A DNA stretch of 60,745 nt, counting the filler, from Rhabdomonas costata (lineage: Eukaryota), in assembly GCA_019059605.1 (NCBI GenBank). It is 15 parts of 15 records of this genome, joined end to end, with 100 filler letters (N's around TTAATTAATTAA, not from the genome) between each part and the next. Parts side by side here need not be neighbours in the genome. Positions count along the whole stretch, not along the records: positions 20,371 to 24,331 come from JAHMHO010000430.1; positions 24,432 to 28,387 come from JAHMHO010000431.1; positions 28,488 to 32,433 come from JAHMHO010000432.1; positions 32,534 to 36,482 come from JAHMHO010000433.1; 11 more parts are not named here. The stretch is one strand, 5' to 3'. The translations under genes were made by a program, and so were the position numbers. Positions within the stretch are counted from its first letter, which is position 1, and each line of letters begins with the position of its first letter. The notes beneath the pieces are model-generated. The model was not told where the DNA came from, made no database searches, and saw only the letters and a program-made list of their open reading frames with translations. Of the stretch, positions 23,941-36,582 are shown one piece after another.

Positions 23941-26872
23941 CTGAGAAAGAAACAGAGACAGCGCGGAGACTGCACAGAGATCGGCACAGCCAAAAAGTGT
24001 GCCGATTTTGGGCTGCGGTACCATAGATTAAAGTAAGTTTTGGGGTGGAGGCCAGCCCATGGCGCAATTATGTGTCAGCACCAACGAGGTAAGGGGGATG
24101 GGGTTTTCCGCGCCACTGCCCCCAGGGAAGCTGTTCCGGTGAGGGGTTAGAAAAATTGACTGATCCACCCCCAGCGCCAAACATTTACCTGTACAAATTA
24201 AAGCAGTCTCAAGGAGGACAAAAATGTTGACAACGATGATTTGGGTAAGAATTGGCAAGAGAGCTGTTAGCCCCAGCAAAGTGATCAAGGAAGAAAAGGA
24301 AAAGTTGTAGAGAAAACGCTGAAAACAAACANNNNNNNNNNNNNNNNNNNNNNNNNNNNNNNNNNNNNNNNNNNNTTAATTAATTAANNNNNNNNNNNNN
24401 NNNNNNNNNNNNNNNNNNNNNNNNNNNNNNNGCGCGCACATGCTGCCACTAGGTTGGGGAATCGTTGTACTTCAAAATGACTTCTTTATCCCTCTGGTAC
24501 GGTACCACAATCTTTTCTGTATGACCTGTCGCGGTGGCTGTCTGGGGTTCTTCTGCAAATAAATCAACGCTGAATTGTCGTTAAACACTCTTACATCATC
24601 TCTCAACAAATAATGCTTTGTGGTGATGCACTCTTACGCTGAGGTGGAAAGGTAGGGTGTGATACGCTACAGATGGGTTGGTGCCGATGCCCAACGCTGA
24701 TGTCAAGCTGATTGATGCTGCTGCAGTGTTAGAACTGCTACGCTTCTGATGATAGAAGGATCTCACAATGTGTTGATGTGAGGGCACCTTCCACAGTACG
24801 ATGCTTGCTGAGATGCTGTAGAGTTGAGTCTGTTAAGGGTAAGTGGGTAATAGGAGCCGGAGGAGCCTTAGGGGTTGTCGCGGCATTCTTGTCATTCCTA
24901 TTAGATTTGTCACGCCCCCACCATAAGGAGGTTGCGTTCCTTATTCTTTCCCTTACCACCGCACTCGCTACGCTCGTTCGTACTGTTCTTGTTGCGCTTC
25001 TTCGTCACCAGCGGCGTCCTCAAACCAGGTCGTCCTCAACACCTGCGCTCTGCACTTTTTTCTTTCTTCGGAGCTCGCCTTTACACGCACTTTTCGGCTA
25101 TAAAAGGTCTGTTCCTTAAAAAGGTCTTCCATCTTTCTTTGCTATTTTCTTGAAATAACTGACTCAACCTCTCTTAGATTCAAGCCTTTCCTTCGTGTGC
25201 CAAGGAAAATTCTACCGCGCACTTAAACACTTTATGAATGCGGATAAATACCACGGATCATCAGGGATTCGCATTTCAACATTTGGGACTGTTCAGCGCG
25301 GCTGTCTTTCCGTTCAATGCAACCGAAGGTCTTTACAAATACAAAGAACCGGGGGAAGCACGTTCGGATTGGAGATTGGAGGAAGCCTTGGGGCGAAAAG
25401 ACGGGGAGTGGGGAAAGAAGCCTGGATCGGCTACATCTCCGACTGCCGCCCAAGCCGGTGTTCACCGAAAAAATCATTACATGCAGCACTGGGGAGGATC
25501 TTGGCCATGAACCGTTTCCCGGTAAATCAGCAATCGAAAGACGTTCAGGATACGCGCCGGTGCAGACGAGTCGGCCGACGGATACGGTGGCGGAGTGCGC
25601 GGAATAGCAATGTGAGGTTCGTCGGCATCGGATAGCCGCAACTGGCGGGGCAGTAACTCCACTTCAATGCACATTCATTGACGGCCCGCAGAAACCCATC
25701 TTTCACAAGCAATGCCTACGGCAATTTTAGAGTGATGTCTTGAACAAAGCTTGGCAAAAATCAGGTGTGTCTGAAGGTGACTAAGGTAGTCCTTGGGAAA
25801 ATGGATCCTCACATTTTTAGAAACTATTAAGCCGCCCAAGGTAACAAAAACGGGCACACAGATACATAGAAAGGATCGAAGATGAATCCTCGATGTCTTT
25901 CACTGCTGTTACTCATTTGGAAAAAGAACATTCCTTGACGCAAGGAACGAACAAATGACTTACACGGCGACGGTGTTTGCTTTTTTGGCATCCATGTAAC
26001 AACGGGCGCTGCCCCATACGCAAAGACTCGGTACAAAAAAGAAAAGCAGCGTGCGAGGGGGAGGATCCACCCAACCATCCAAACAAAAGAATAGAAAAGT
26101 TCAATGAAAACAATCAATGCCGTTCCACCCACACGGAGACGGCTTCCGCCCAAAGCACCGCAAAAACAGCTAGTCAGGCTCCACCGCAAACCGAGAACCA
26201 CTTGGCGTAGCAAAGGATCAAGGGCTATATATACATGGTACGCAACCCGGGTCTAATACTTTTTTTTGGGGTAGTGTTAAACAACTAATCGAGGGAGCTC
26301 TACAGGTTTGCCTCTTTTTGTGTGCAAAATTCCCTCATCTATTTTTTTTTGGGGAGGGGAGGGGGGGGAGGAAGGTGTTAGCCAACCAATCTAGCACGCT
26401 CTACAGGTTTGCCTCTATAATTCCCTCAACCACGTGCCGAAACTTTGCAAGCATGGAAATTTGGCAGAAAATCACCGTGCATCTGGCGTGCGAACGCTCA
26501 GTTTCCATAACGAATTATTGCATTGCTCGCTGAGGGCTTATCCACACACATAACGGCTTTTCATATGTTCCCATACATCAGTTTTGAAACCAGCTGCATA
26601 AAAATAGGGCAAAAAGGATTCCGTTCGGAAGGATACAAATCTCTCAGTTTTGGGGTGAAGGTATCAGAGGTGCAGTGCCCCACCGAAGCGCATCTACTCT
26701 GATATTCTTCTGCCCGGAAAAGGCCAAAATGCCGCAAGGAAGTCTGTACAGGTGTTGCGCGGCGCTGCAAATGAGAAGCTCATATGAGGCATATAAGGCA
26801 TACGTGGAAGGATACCGACACGTACACGTACCCACCCACGCCTAGGCCCAGGCCGACGCCCTTACATCCCGC

Positions 26873-27454
26873 TCACTGGACAACTCGCACGGAACTGCCT
26901 GCTCCATTCATAGTAATTACCACGTAGGCGTCCTCGGTGAAGCCCAGCGGCACGGGGGCAGGTGGGTCTCCCCCGCCCACCACAGCGGTGCCGTTGACGG
27001 CAATCACGATCGTGCCGCCCGCGGGGTCCTTGAAATCACTGCGGTCCACGCGAAGATCTACGCGGTCCCCGACCTTCATGGCAATCCCAGGAAACTCTTC
27101 CCGAGAGCCATTCTGAAAGAAAATGCCGTTGTCGAGGATGCACAGTCCTTTGGCCCACTTTTCGCTTCCAGGGATATAATTCAGTGGCTGCTGCAGGTCG
27201 GTGCAAGAGCTCACTGGGGAAAGCCCAAAGATGATACGACCCTTAGGATGGGCTGTGATTTCGAAGCTCACTGTGGATAGACCTGCCTGCCCCACACACA
27301 GCACAGCCTCCAGGCGGGCACTGCGGAAGTGGTCTGCTGTGTGACGGAGCTTCCGGCGGGCGGTGCCCGGGACGGCCTCGAACCACTGCGGGAGGCACGC
27401 AGTGGTTCTTGGGTCCGCGGCGAAGGCCGAGGGCTGCGCCCAGAGCCGCGGAAC
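26873..27454 (-). CDS. Terminal exon encoding a SPRY/B30.2-like beta-sandwich domain
   Basis: Polypyrimidine tract + AG acceptor at 27455. Pattern VSFEI...IIFGL...MKVGDRVDLRVD...GTIVIAVNG...YVVITM...SSVRVV* is typical of SPRY/neuralized folds. GC-rich codon usage. Confidence 0.65.
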   Translation of the reverse strand, partial: VPRLWAQPSAFAADPRTTACLPQWFEAVPGTARRKLRHTADHFRSARLEAVLCVGQAGLSTVSFEITAHPKGRIIFGLSPVSSCTDLQQPLNYIPGSEKWAKGLCILDNGIFFQNGSREEFPGIAMKVGDRVDLRVDRSDFKDPAGGTIVIAVNGTAVVGGGDPPAPVPLGFTEDAYVVITMNGAGSSVRVVQ

Positions 27455-29399
27455 CTTTTCCGAAAAAAAAACAGAAATTGGGATGGTGAACGAAGCAAAT
27501 TTCAGAGGACCACCAACAGGGTCCCGGACCAGAACTGGCAACAGTGAGAGTCTTGAGAGACGTCAACGCAATGGTAAGTGCATTAAAATTCCACACTGAC
27601 CCGACTACATTGGTTGAAATAAGTGCTGCTAAAGTGCTGAACAAAGAATGGCTGTACAACTGCCAATGATGCTTTCTTAATAGTAAGCAAGCACACAATA
27701 AAACCTTGATCAGGTTTGTCCACAAGAAAAAGGAAGGAGCTGACCCTTCTCACCACAAAAGGATGTGGCCCCGCAAAAGCAGCCTTCGTTCGTTCAAAAC
27801 GTTGTGCAATTGGTGGATCCATCCCGAAAGACCTTCGCTGGAGAGCATCCCGCTGCTGCTTTAATTAATAAATAGTATACGGCGTTTGAATATCTTACTT
27901 CGATGCAGGCAAGCCGCAGGGTGGGAGGAGGAGGAAAACGAGCTGCTACGTGGAGACCGAGCGTTGGAGGTCCTCGAGTGAGAACAAATTTTCATACTTA
28001 TCTAATCGCTACTGCTTGCAAGACTGCCTAGAGTGCAGGGCCTTTGGAGGCGAAAAGGAGGATCAAGGCCAAGATTAAGTACGCGCATGTTCTCTGCTCA
28101 AGTTCAGATCCCACACGCTTTGATCGCGATAGGATTCAGTTCAATTGCTTGGAAAGTGGACAAATTCAAATTTGGAAAACGGGTGCTTGGTTCATTGTGG
28201 CTGACGGTGAGGCAGCGGAACAGGCTGGTGGAGCAAACTTTTAGGGGATTCGCTAGGTTCCCACAGCAGCCTATGTAGTGGCTAGGAGCTGTGCGAATGA
28301 GCTAGTATCGTGCAAAGGGAGGACTAACAAAGTTTTTATCGCCATTTTTTCTCGATGGCGTTCCTAGAAATTCTCTCACCACCAAAANNNNNNNNNNNNN
28401 NNNNNNNNNNNNNNNNNNNNNNNNNNNNNNNTTAATTAATTAANNNNNNNNNNNNNNNNNNNNNNNNNNNNNNNNNNNNNNNNNNNNGTGTTGTGGTTTT
28501 CTGCAAATGACGCATCCCACTCACCCTCACAATCCATTACTGACACAACAGACACAACTGTACCAACTCTACCAGAATAAAACCACCCAAAGTTAATTTG
28601 GCTCTCTTGCATCACCTCCCGGGCCATCCTCGTGCCGCGCTTTTCTTGCAGCTTCAACTCTTGCGGTGCGCGCCCTCGGCTGGAGCCAATTTGCTCGCCT
28701 GCTGTTAGATCGCTGCCAATGGATTACAAGCGCTTGCTCCCGGTCCCTATCGCACATGGTTCTGTATCCAATGGTTGGAGACCTTCTCTGTCGCTTGCGC
28801 TCCTGCTTGTCTTCTTCGTCTTTCTTTTGCGCGATTCTGAAGCGTGTCGTTTGCGGTCGCTGACTTCACCCGCGCCCAGGCAACTCCTTCGCCGCCTTGC
28901 AGCCCCCAATCTCTCTGCAAATCACCTGGCACGTCCTCCGTCGCGGCGCCGCCGCTACCCGCTGCAAAAGGTAGTTGCCAAAACATCACCGATCACTGTT
29001 GCCCACAAGCGCAGTAGGCGTGACCTCAATTCCGGTTCGCAATCGTGGGGAGGGAGGGCCACAAAAATGTAAATGATTGCTGGAATTTGTGTGGAGTCAG
29101 ATAGTGTGAAATGTGTTTGTGTGTTGACTGCAGCTGTGCAGTTGGGGTCGGAAAAAAAAACAGCCGTTTCGTTCCCACACAAAAGGTAGTGTGTCAAAGC
29201 ATCACTCATCATGCCGGAGAGCTGAGGAGTCCGGCTGGGCAGGAGACGAAGGCACTGGAGGATCAGCCCGATTGAAGAGTCGGGCAGGCCATAGTTCGAA
29301 GGTAGAAAGGAGGGTGTGAGAGCAGAGTGAGGCGGGGGAGAGCATCGAAGCGGTAGGGTTCGATGTAGATGCCGGCAGTGGGGGGGGGAACTCCAGAGG

Positions 29400-30551
29400 C
29401 TACACGGCAAGGTGTTTGCAACCACGTGGAAGTGCACCATCTCTCCAAACATGGAGTACCAGAACAAGCGCAAGATGTGCACTCAGTAAGCCGTGGCGCA
29501 GGTTGGCTGACACCTGCAGAGCTCTTTCTGTACGTCAACACTGTGCATCTGCTCTCACTGTGCAGTGCAGTGCTCATCACCGCAGTGTAACCGTGCCCAG
29601 CCTGCCTCAATCGCGAGCGGAAGACCGTTCGCCGATATGTTCAACTACCCCAGCAGACCTCCTCAGCACAGCCAGCTGTCCCAGCGGAAGAGGAGAATTC
29701 GGTCCCGAACATTCCACCCCTCAGTACACCGCCTGCCACCTTCGATGATTCGCTGTCTTCCATTGACACCATCTTAGGGGCACCCGTGCTGACCCTCTTG
29801 CATGTTCAGAAATCTTTTTCAATGGAATGCAATCAACTCCTCTTTGATGCAGGATTTTCTTGGTTGGGGGTGTTGTTTGCTCTTTCAATACCTGTCATCG
29901 CCGCTTCCGCGCGCAAGAGCCAACAAGCGTCCTCAGTGCTCGGTTCCGCCGCTGGCGATCTTCGAGGACTATGGGCTGAGGTTGTCCGCCTTCAAAGCAA
30001 AACGCTTGAGAAGCGTTCGAGTATCTCCATGGATGAACACGAAATCCCGACGAGCGTTGTCCGGCAACTTTCCGCGGCCGTCGCAGAAGGGACATACTCG
30101 AAGGGGCTCTCCCTACTGCAAGGCGCAAGTAAGCTAGCCCCGAATTCCCCAGAAACACCAGCTCAGCCCTCACGGGTGGGTGTCTTCTCAAGGAACGCAG
30201 CAGGGTGACCCGTTGGGGCCCGCATTCTTTGTGCTGGCCATACATGAGGTGATCTGCTCGACATCCCGCATGCCACGCATCGAGTGGCAGGTACGATACC
30301 TGGACGATGGGGTCAACGTCGGGGATCCCGAGGCTCTGACTGGTGCTCTCCAGGAACTCACAGCCAAGTTTTCACAGCTCAACCTTGGAGTGACTTTGAA
30401 GAAGTGCAAGCTCTGGAGCCCTCAAGGCCTTCTTATGTTCGAGAGCCCGGTACCACTCCCCAATTGGTCGACACAGACGCTCGTACTGGGGACACCGTTT
30501 GGCTCGTGGGAAGCATTTCAGCAGTTCCTGTGCACGGTCTGTGTGATTTAA
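29400..30551 (+). mobile_element. Decayed, internally deleted non-LTR retrotransposon of the CRE/SLACS/CZAR type
   Basis: RT core GTQQGDPLGPAFFVLAI...YLDDG...GVTLKKCKLW...LGTPFG. The pre-RT motif EGTYSKGLSLL...LAPNSPET joins almost directly to QGDP, so the N-terminal RT subdomains are missing. A degenerate Zn-finger-like segment lies at ~29470-29550. Confidence 0.8.
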
Positions 30552-31369
30552 ATGCATGCCCTTTCCCCGTGGTCTCTTCCTATTTGCCGCCCGTTTCTTT
30601 TGTGATCTGTGCGTTTAATATTGCGAGCGGAAACAGTGCGTTTAATATTGTGGGTGGAAATAGTAGCTTTTGCGGCTTCCCCACCTTGCTCCTTTTTAGA
30701 ACACGCGCTTTAACCATGCTCGCAGTGATTAGGGGCCGGGGTGCGACGACCCAAAAGCGAGCTATAAAAAAGGAAGCCCCTTGAAAAATTCTTTGTTTTG
30801 GTGGCGCACCTCGGTCTCTTCGACTCCCTGTGCCGATTTTCAAAAGCTTTCTTCTCTCCCTTCGCCACCTCAAAGCGCGGCTGGGTTTCCTCCTGGTAAC
30901 AGTCGACAATTCCCTCAGCGCAAGTTTTTGACGCAAGCCGCAAAAAAAAACATTGTAGTACTAATTCGTGCTGCTAGGGGCTGCTAGAGGCTTTTCAGTA
31001 CTACCCGACGTGACGTCCCCATCTTTTGCATTTTTTGCACTGCATTGTTTTTTTTTGGGGGGGTCCGCGCATGATTATCGCTCGCCCTGCCGCCTGCCTC
31101 TGGCAAGGTGCTCTGGTGCTCTGGTTCTTGTTCTCACGCCGTCTCGGTTTCCTGACATTCGGTTCTTGTGCTTCGACACCTAATCTGCTGAATCAAGGTA
31201 TTTTTTGTCACTTGGGGATGACTTTGTACAGAATTTAGGCCACCCACATTGATACATGCTCAAGCATTTTTACACACCCGGCACAAAAACAAACCAAACC
31301 AAAAAAAAAGCGAACAGAAGAAAAACGGCGACTCACTGGAGGAAGAGGGGAAAACAAACCAGGCTTGCT

Positions 31370-31600
31370 CTGAGGTTCCGGGGCCCCAATTTGAGGGAGA
31401 GGCTTAACTGCCTCATGGAGAACGGCGGCGTTGCTCATCTGCAACTCGTGAATGACATCGTGGAAAAAGGTCTTATCGGCAACGGGCAAGCACGGAATAA
31501 TAAGCACCTTCGTTCCACTGGGGTTGATGTATGTAAATTGGGAACTGACCAGGTCGCCGTTAACAACAGATAAAAAAGGCGGAAGTCCCACCGCGCGCTG
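31370..31600 (-). CDS. Probable exon of an unknown protein
   Basis: Protein-like frame GLPPFLSVVNGDLVSSQFTYINPSGTKVLIIPCLPVADKTFFHDVIHELQ... downstream of a pyrimidine-rich acceptor. No family recognised and boundaries approximate. Confidence 0.35.
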
Positions 31601-33004
31601 CCCTGAGCAGGTAAACCAGGAAACAATACAAAAACACGAATGGCTGTCAGTCTTGCACTTTTCAGAAAAAGTCTTATCGTCTCAAAGGTCCCCGAAAAGA
31701 AGACCTTTCCGAAGGCCCTAGCTAGTGCGCAATATGAAACGCCTCCACGCGCCTGCCAACCTTCTTCGCCTACGCGTAAACCTGCGCAAATCACCCACTG
31801 GCCTCCCCTTTTGGGGGGCATCCCCTGATTCAACGCAAGGCCCTTTTTCTTTCCCAGTTAACGGGTCCGGAGGGGGTGGGGATGATTCTTGACAGCTTTT
31901 TGACAGGTCGGTAAACTGTGGGAAGTCGTGAAGGTCAAAATGTTAGGTTAGTTGGATGATTTATTTTGTGGTTCCGGTTATATTGGTAACCTGGTATATT
32001 ATTGTACCGCCAGCCCGGAGGACATGCCTATAGAGCTTATGGGATGTAGATGGGTGCCTTCATGTAGCCATATCTAGTCTAGATCGCGCAGACCAAAAAC
32101 CGCAGCATCGTACGCCACGCCACCACTAGTGTGGTCTATCAAAAATAGTTGGGTCCTCAGTGGTTCCAGGTATATGGGCACCTTGGTACACTATGGCTTA
32201 CGGAGCATAGCCCCGCACCAGCACCATGATACAGCTTGCGCAGGATTGTGCGGGGGTTCAACCCATAGCTGGGCCATGGGGCCTTGAGCTGTTTCGGATG
32301 TAGTGGTAAAATGGTCCCGCAAGCCCATAGGCCAGTCTTTTAGCGTATGCAGCAAAAGGGGTCATTTTTAACCCTTTCAAGCATAGCGCGCGTATTTGCA
32401 CACTCATGCAATCATACCTCCCTCCCCAACCCCNNNNNNNNNNNNNNNNNNNNNNNNNNNNNNNNNNNNNNNNNNNNTTAATTAATTAANNNNNNNNNNN
32501 NNNNNNNNNNNNNNNNNNNNNNNNNNNNNNNNNGTAGTCAATTCCGAGTAATGGGAAAGGCCCAGTATGGGGTGAAGAAGCTCCTGGAGGAGGCGATGGA
32601 GTGCGACCTCAGCAACGTTGAATGCGTAACAACCAAAATAAATTAGGAAAGACGTACATGATTGTGGAAGCAAGAGGGGTAAATGGGAACAGGTTGGACA
32701 GTGGCAACAAATACCTGGTTATCACCCGGTAGAACCATAATTTTCTCAACATCCCATTGGAACACGTCATTGAAGGCCAACAAAGGCACGTACTGTTATT
32801 AAAAAGCACATTTAGCTGAGCAACGCTAGCATCCGCATCCGCATCTGATACGAAACCTCTCCCTCCCGAGAAGGTCAAACTCAAACTCTAAAACGAAAAA
32901 AGACATGCGACTAAGCGTCAAAATCTCTGCGGAATCCATCACATCGCCCGCCTCGAGAGATATCTGGCGGATGAAGTGCCCTTAAGCTCATCTCCGCACC
33001 ACAC

Positions 33005-35259
33005 CTGGTTCCAGGTGATCACTGCGCCGACAGGGAACAGGCTGGACGGGGGCTTGAAGTCGATTGCCCGGTACACCATCCCCTGAAACTTCGGCAGCCT
33101 TTGCAGCTCGGAGTGCAGGAACGTGGCGAAGGGCTTCCATGTAGCGAACCTTTCTGTCCCCCCGGGCTTGCCCACCTCCCGGCAGGCACAGTTCATCAGC
33201 CTGTACACCGGACTCTCCATCGTGAAGGCTGTGATCCCCGGGCAGCCCTTCAGGTTCGCGCAGCTGCCACTGCTCCCCACACGGCCGCGACTGTCGCTGC
33301 TGCTGATCCCTGAATTAGCCCTTAGCTGTGAAAGCCTCTCCGCCTCAACCACGATGTACTCCTTTGTCGTGAGCTGCCGCGGCTCTGCCAGCGCGGCCTT
33401 GAGGTCCAGCAAGGGGTGCCTTGTCTGGAAGTGCGCCGCGGGCTCGTCGGAGGTGCTGCGGTTGCAGTGCGGGCACAACCAGAACTGCAGTCCGGCCTGC
33501 TCCACGGCCTGGTCCCAGTCCACGTTCGCCAGGGCCTGGGCCAGGCCACTGACCTTGGGATACTTCGCAAAGTCGTGCAGCTGCCCGTCGTCGACCGTGT
33601 CCAAGCCATTCTGGGTGCGGTTTTCTCGGGGCATCGCGGCTTCCAGCGCAACCCCCGTCAGGCCACCTTTCCCCTTCCCCTTACCCCTGACCTCCTCCTC
33701 AGCCCTTTCTCGAGCGTGCACGGTGTCAGCCAGGGCTCGCACGGCGGTGCTCAGCCCGCGCACGCTATGCGATAAGGCCCTTACCGCGGTGCCCGGCAGG
33801 GCATCCAGCCCAGGCAAGCCCTTCTGCATGGCGCCTAGCACCCGCACCAAGGCCTTGAAGGCTTCAAGGTGGGCCTCCGGTCTAGCGGCGCTGGCGGCGC
33901 GGCTGGAGGTGTGTCCCTCCTGTTTTTGGTTTTCTGGTGTTGTGCTGCTGACAGGGGCGGTGGCAGGTTGATGATGGTCGGCGTTGAGTTGAAGGAGGTG
34001 ATAGATGGCGTCTGCTGCTGCGGCTTGGACCTCCAGGAAGGCCTCCACCAGCTCTTGTAGGGAAAGCACAGAGAGAGAGGAGGGGGGAGAGAGAAGGGCA
34101 GAAAGGCACAAGGGCAGAAGGGAAGAGCAGATAAGGAACGGCAAGCAGCGACAGTCACGTTTTAGCGTTAACGGGATGGCGACCAGGTGACCAAACCCCA
34201 TTGAAGCGTCCCACACACTTGGATTCCAATAAATTCCAAACTATTACAGTCACCTTCACACTCAGCAGGAAGGTCACATCCAAAAACCCAGAATTTGCTG
34301 TAATATGATTTCCCCACTGACGTCGTGTGACTGTGAATAAGTGAAAAAGAGATTTTCCAAGGGTCGCCATTTAATAAGAGCATTTTCTCCAGCATAGCAG
34401 CTAACCTGGTAACAGGATAGAACAGTTTATGACAAGTTTTCATCAAAAGTCTTCTTGCCCTTTATGCATTTCGTTTCGGGGTATCTCTAAAAATGGCTCT
34501 CATCCAAAGTCTAACCTTTTCTGTGCTTCCTGGGCGCTCTGACATACACCCCATCTCTCACGTATCCGGACTCCTTGTAGGTACCTCTGCTTGATGTCCG
34601 CATGCGCGCGCATTCAAATTTACATGCATATCAACAGACGCACCAGGGCCTTTGTGGGGCTTCCCTGCAGCCATAGGTCCCACGTTGAGTCCATTGGGCT
34701 GCACTGTCTTGTCCCTTACCCCACCACCAATGCCAAAAGCGGTCCCCACAGCATCGTCTGTGTCATTGTCGCTGTCGCTGCTGCTCTTGTTGCCACCACT
34801 GTCGCCGCCATCGACCCCGCCTTTTCAAAAAAAAACGCGGGGAAGAAAGAGAAAGTCATTGAGTGAAACCAGTTAGATTGATGAAATGGTCTCTTGGAAC
34901 GGTCTGCTGTTGTAGTTCGATTGCAAAACATGGAGCAGCTTCTGTTGATCGGTGGCGCCATTTCAGGCGAGGCGGGAAGCAAAGCGCAAGGGGAAGAAGA
35001 TGCTAATGAAAGACCCGAGAAAGTGCCTCCGTCCATACATACCGTCAGTTTTCGAGCCCGCAGCTGCGGTGACAGTGGAGACGGTTGCGGGGCGAAGGAA
35101 GGCACGGATCTCCCCGCCGAGCTCTGGACCTGCCCTGGCAATGGCCCGGTCGAGCTCATCCCCGCACTCTTCTTTCGCCGCACTCACTGCCAGTGCTGCC
35201 GTTGGTGCTGCCGCTGCTGCCCTGCTGCCACTGCCGCCCAGGGCGGTGCGGAAGGACAT
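33005..35259 (-). CDS. Multi-exon protein with unknown N-terminal helical module, C2H2 zinc finger and NAD:arginine ADP-ribosyltransferase (ART) domain (3'-partial); exons 35259-35043, 34820-34720, 34586-34562, 34053-33005
   Basis: ART N-half: ITAFTMESPVYRLMNCACR...WKPFATFLHSELQRLPKFQGMVYRAI...GAVITWNQ (YTxE...LN...L..LP...VYR). Zinc finger CPHC...HFQTRH. The four exons join in frame with GT-AG sites. The STS and ExE motifs are not found on this strand. Confidence 0.8.
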
Positions 35260-35874
35260 AGCGATGTTTGTTTTGTTTGTGAAAGGACGGGAAGCACTTA
35301 ACAGCCCCGAAGAGGAGAGTTGGCGAGAACAGGGAAAAGGGCCTGAAAAGGGCCTTCAGAAAACAATCGGCACTCACTCAAAAGGGCACTCAGGCTGGGA
35401 GAAGGGCGTGGAGAGGGAGGCAAAGGGGATAGGGAAAAAAACACAAACGAGCTTCCGTGGCTCTTGGGCGATGAAGACCGAGGGCCGAGAAAAAGCAAAG
35501 AGACAAAGCTTTGGGATCAAAAGGTTTCACAGGCTGCAAGAAAGCAAAGGCGTAGCCTGTGGTTGACAGAGATGAAATAGAAACGCTCGGACCCAGACCA
35601 CTTTTTTATCGGCAATTTTACCACCACACGAATTCAACAATGAATTCAGCATGCCACCCTATTCCCAGTCCAAGGTTAGGTGCCAGAGGGGGCACAACCC
35701 AGTGCTGCCCCCAAGTAGCGCAATCCACCTGCGCATTGTACCGCACATACGGGAAGGCGTGCACGACCGTGACGTCTGGGAGTGGTAACCCAAAGTAGAT
35801 CATATGCTGATATGCTGGATGTGGCATTGGAGATACCCATGGTTCTAGGCGGTGGTGTCCAAGTGAAAAATGTT

Positions 35875-36340
35875 TCACGACTGTTTGGGAGCTGGCAAAA
35901 CTTTGGGCAGAGGAAGCCCGAGAGCCCAGTACAGGAAGGCAATCCTCGACGCTGTCTCCTCAGGGGAGTCTGTGCTGGGGCCCAGGTGTCCCCCATGGGG
36001 CTGGATTTGGGCCATCACCAACCCGTTGCCCATCTTTCGGCAGTGCACAGCGCGAGCCTGGGCGACGTATTTCAGAGCGTTCCACCACGGAGCGAAGGGG
36101 TCGTCTGCGCAGCCCGAGAGAAAGAGGTCTGGGAAGCGGCCTCGCACATTCGAGAGGTTCTCATAGGGGGAGAACTTGGCGAGGTGTCGGTAGTCCTCAG
36201 GGCTGCCTCGAGGTTCACCCCACTCCTCAGCATCGTGGTGGACCAGGGGAAGCTCCGGATTTGTCAGCACCCCAAGAAGGTCCAAGAACGGAGCTCGCAA
36301 GGCCGCAGCGCGGAACAAAGGCGGTGATCGGCGGGTTTGG
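35875..36340 (-). CDS. Terminal exon of an S9A prolyl oligopeptidase / oligopeptidase B-like protein
   Basis: LFRAAALRAPFLDLL...LPL...EEWGEP...FSPYEN...DDPFAPWW..LKYVA...GGH; catalytic Asp and His positions are present. The splice acceptor is not clearly defined. Confidence 0.88.
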
Positions 36341-36582
36341 GCTCACAGCACTCCAGACTTGAAGCCAAAGTAGAATTCGCTTTCGTATTGGGGAAGGGAA
36401 GGGAAGGGGAACCCTCACTACTTGAACGCCCTCAATTGCACTAATTGCCATCATATCTGCCTAATTCCATCCACCCAACCCCNNNNNNNNNNNNNNNNNN
36501 NNNNNNNNNNNNNNNNNNNNNNNNNNTTAATTAATTAANNNNNNNNNNNNNNNNNNNNNNNNNNNNNNNNNNNNNNNNNNNN

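Noticed and set aside
26283..26430. Duplicated GCTCTACAGGTTTGCCTCT about 100 bp apart (similar short pairs at ~21348/21396 and ~30609/30636)
   Set aside because: Two-copy local duplications in non-coding DNA with no further structure.
27455..27480. Euglenid spliced-leader-like TTTCTG...TTTTTTTTCG on the minus strand
   Set aside because: It is the polypyrimidine tract of the SPRY exon acceptor; it lacks the SL core and is not followed by a GT donor.
33123..33971. Long antisense ORFs over GC-rich genes (also 7226-7762, 9888-10358, 35782-36327, 50389-51048)
   Set aside because: Shadow frames of real opposite-strand coding exons, with no independent motifs.
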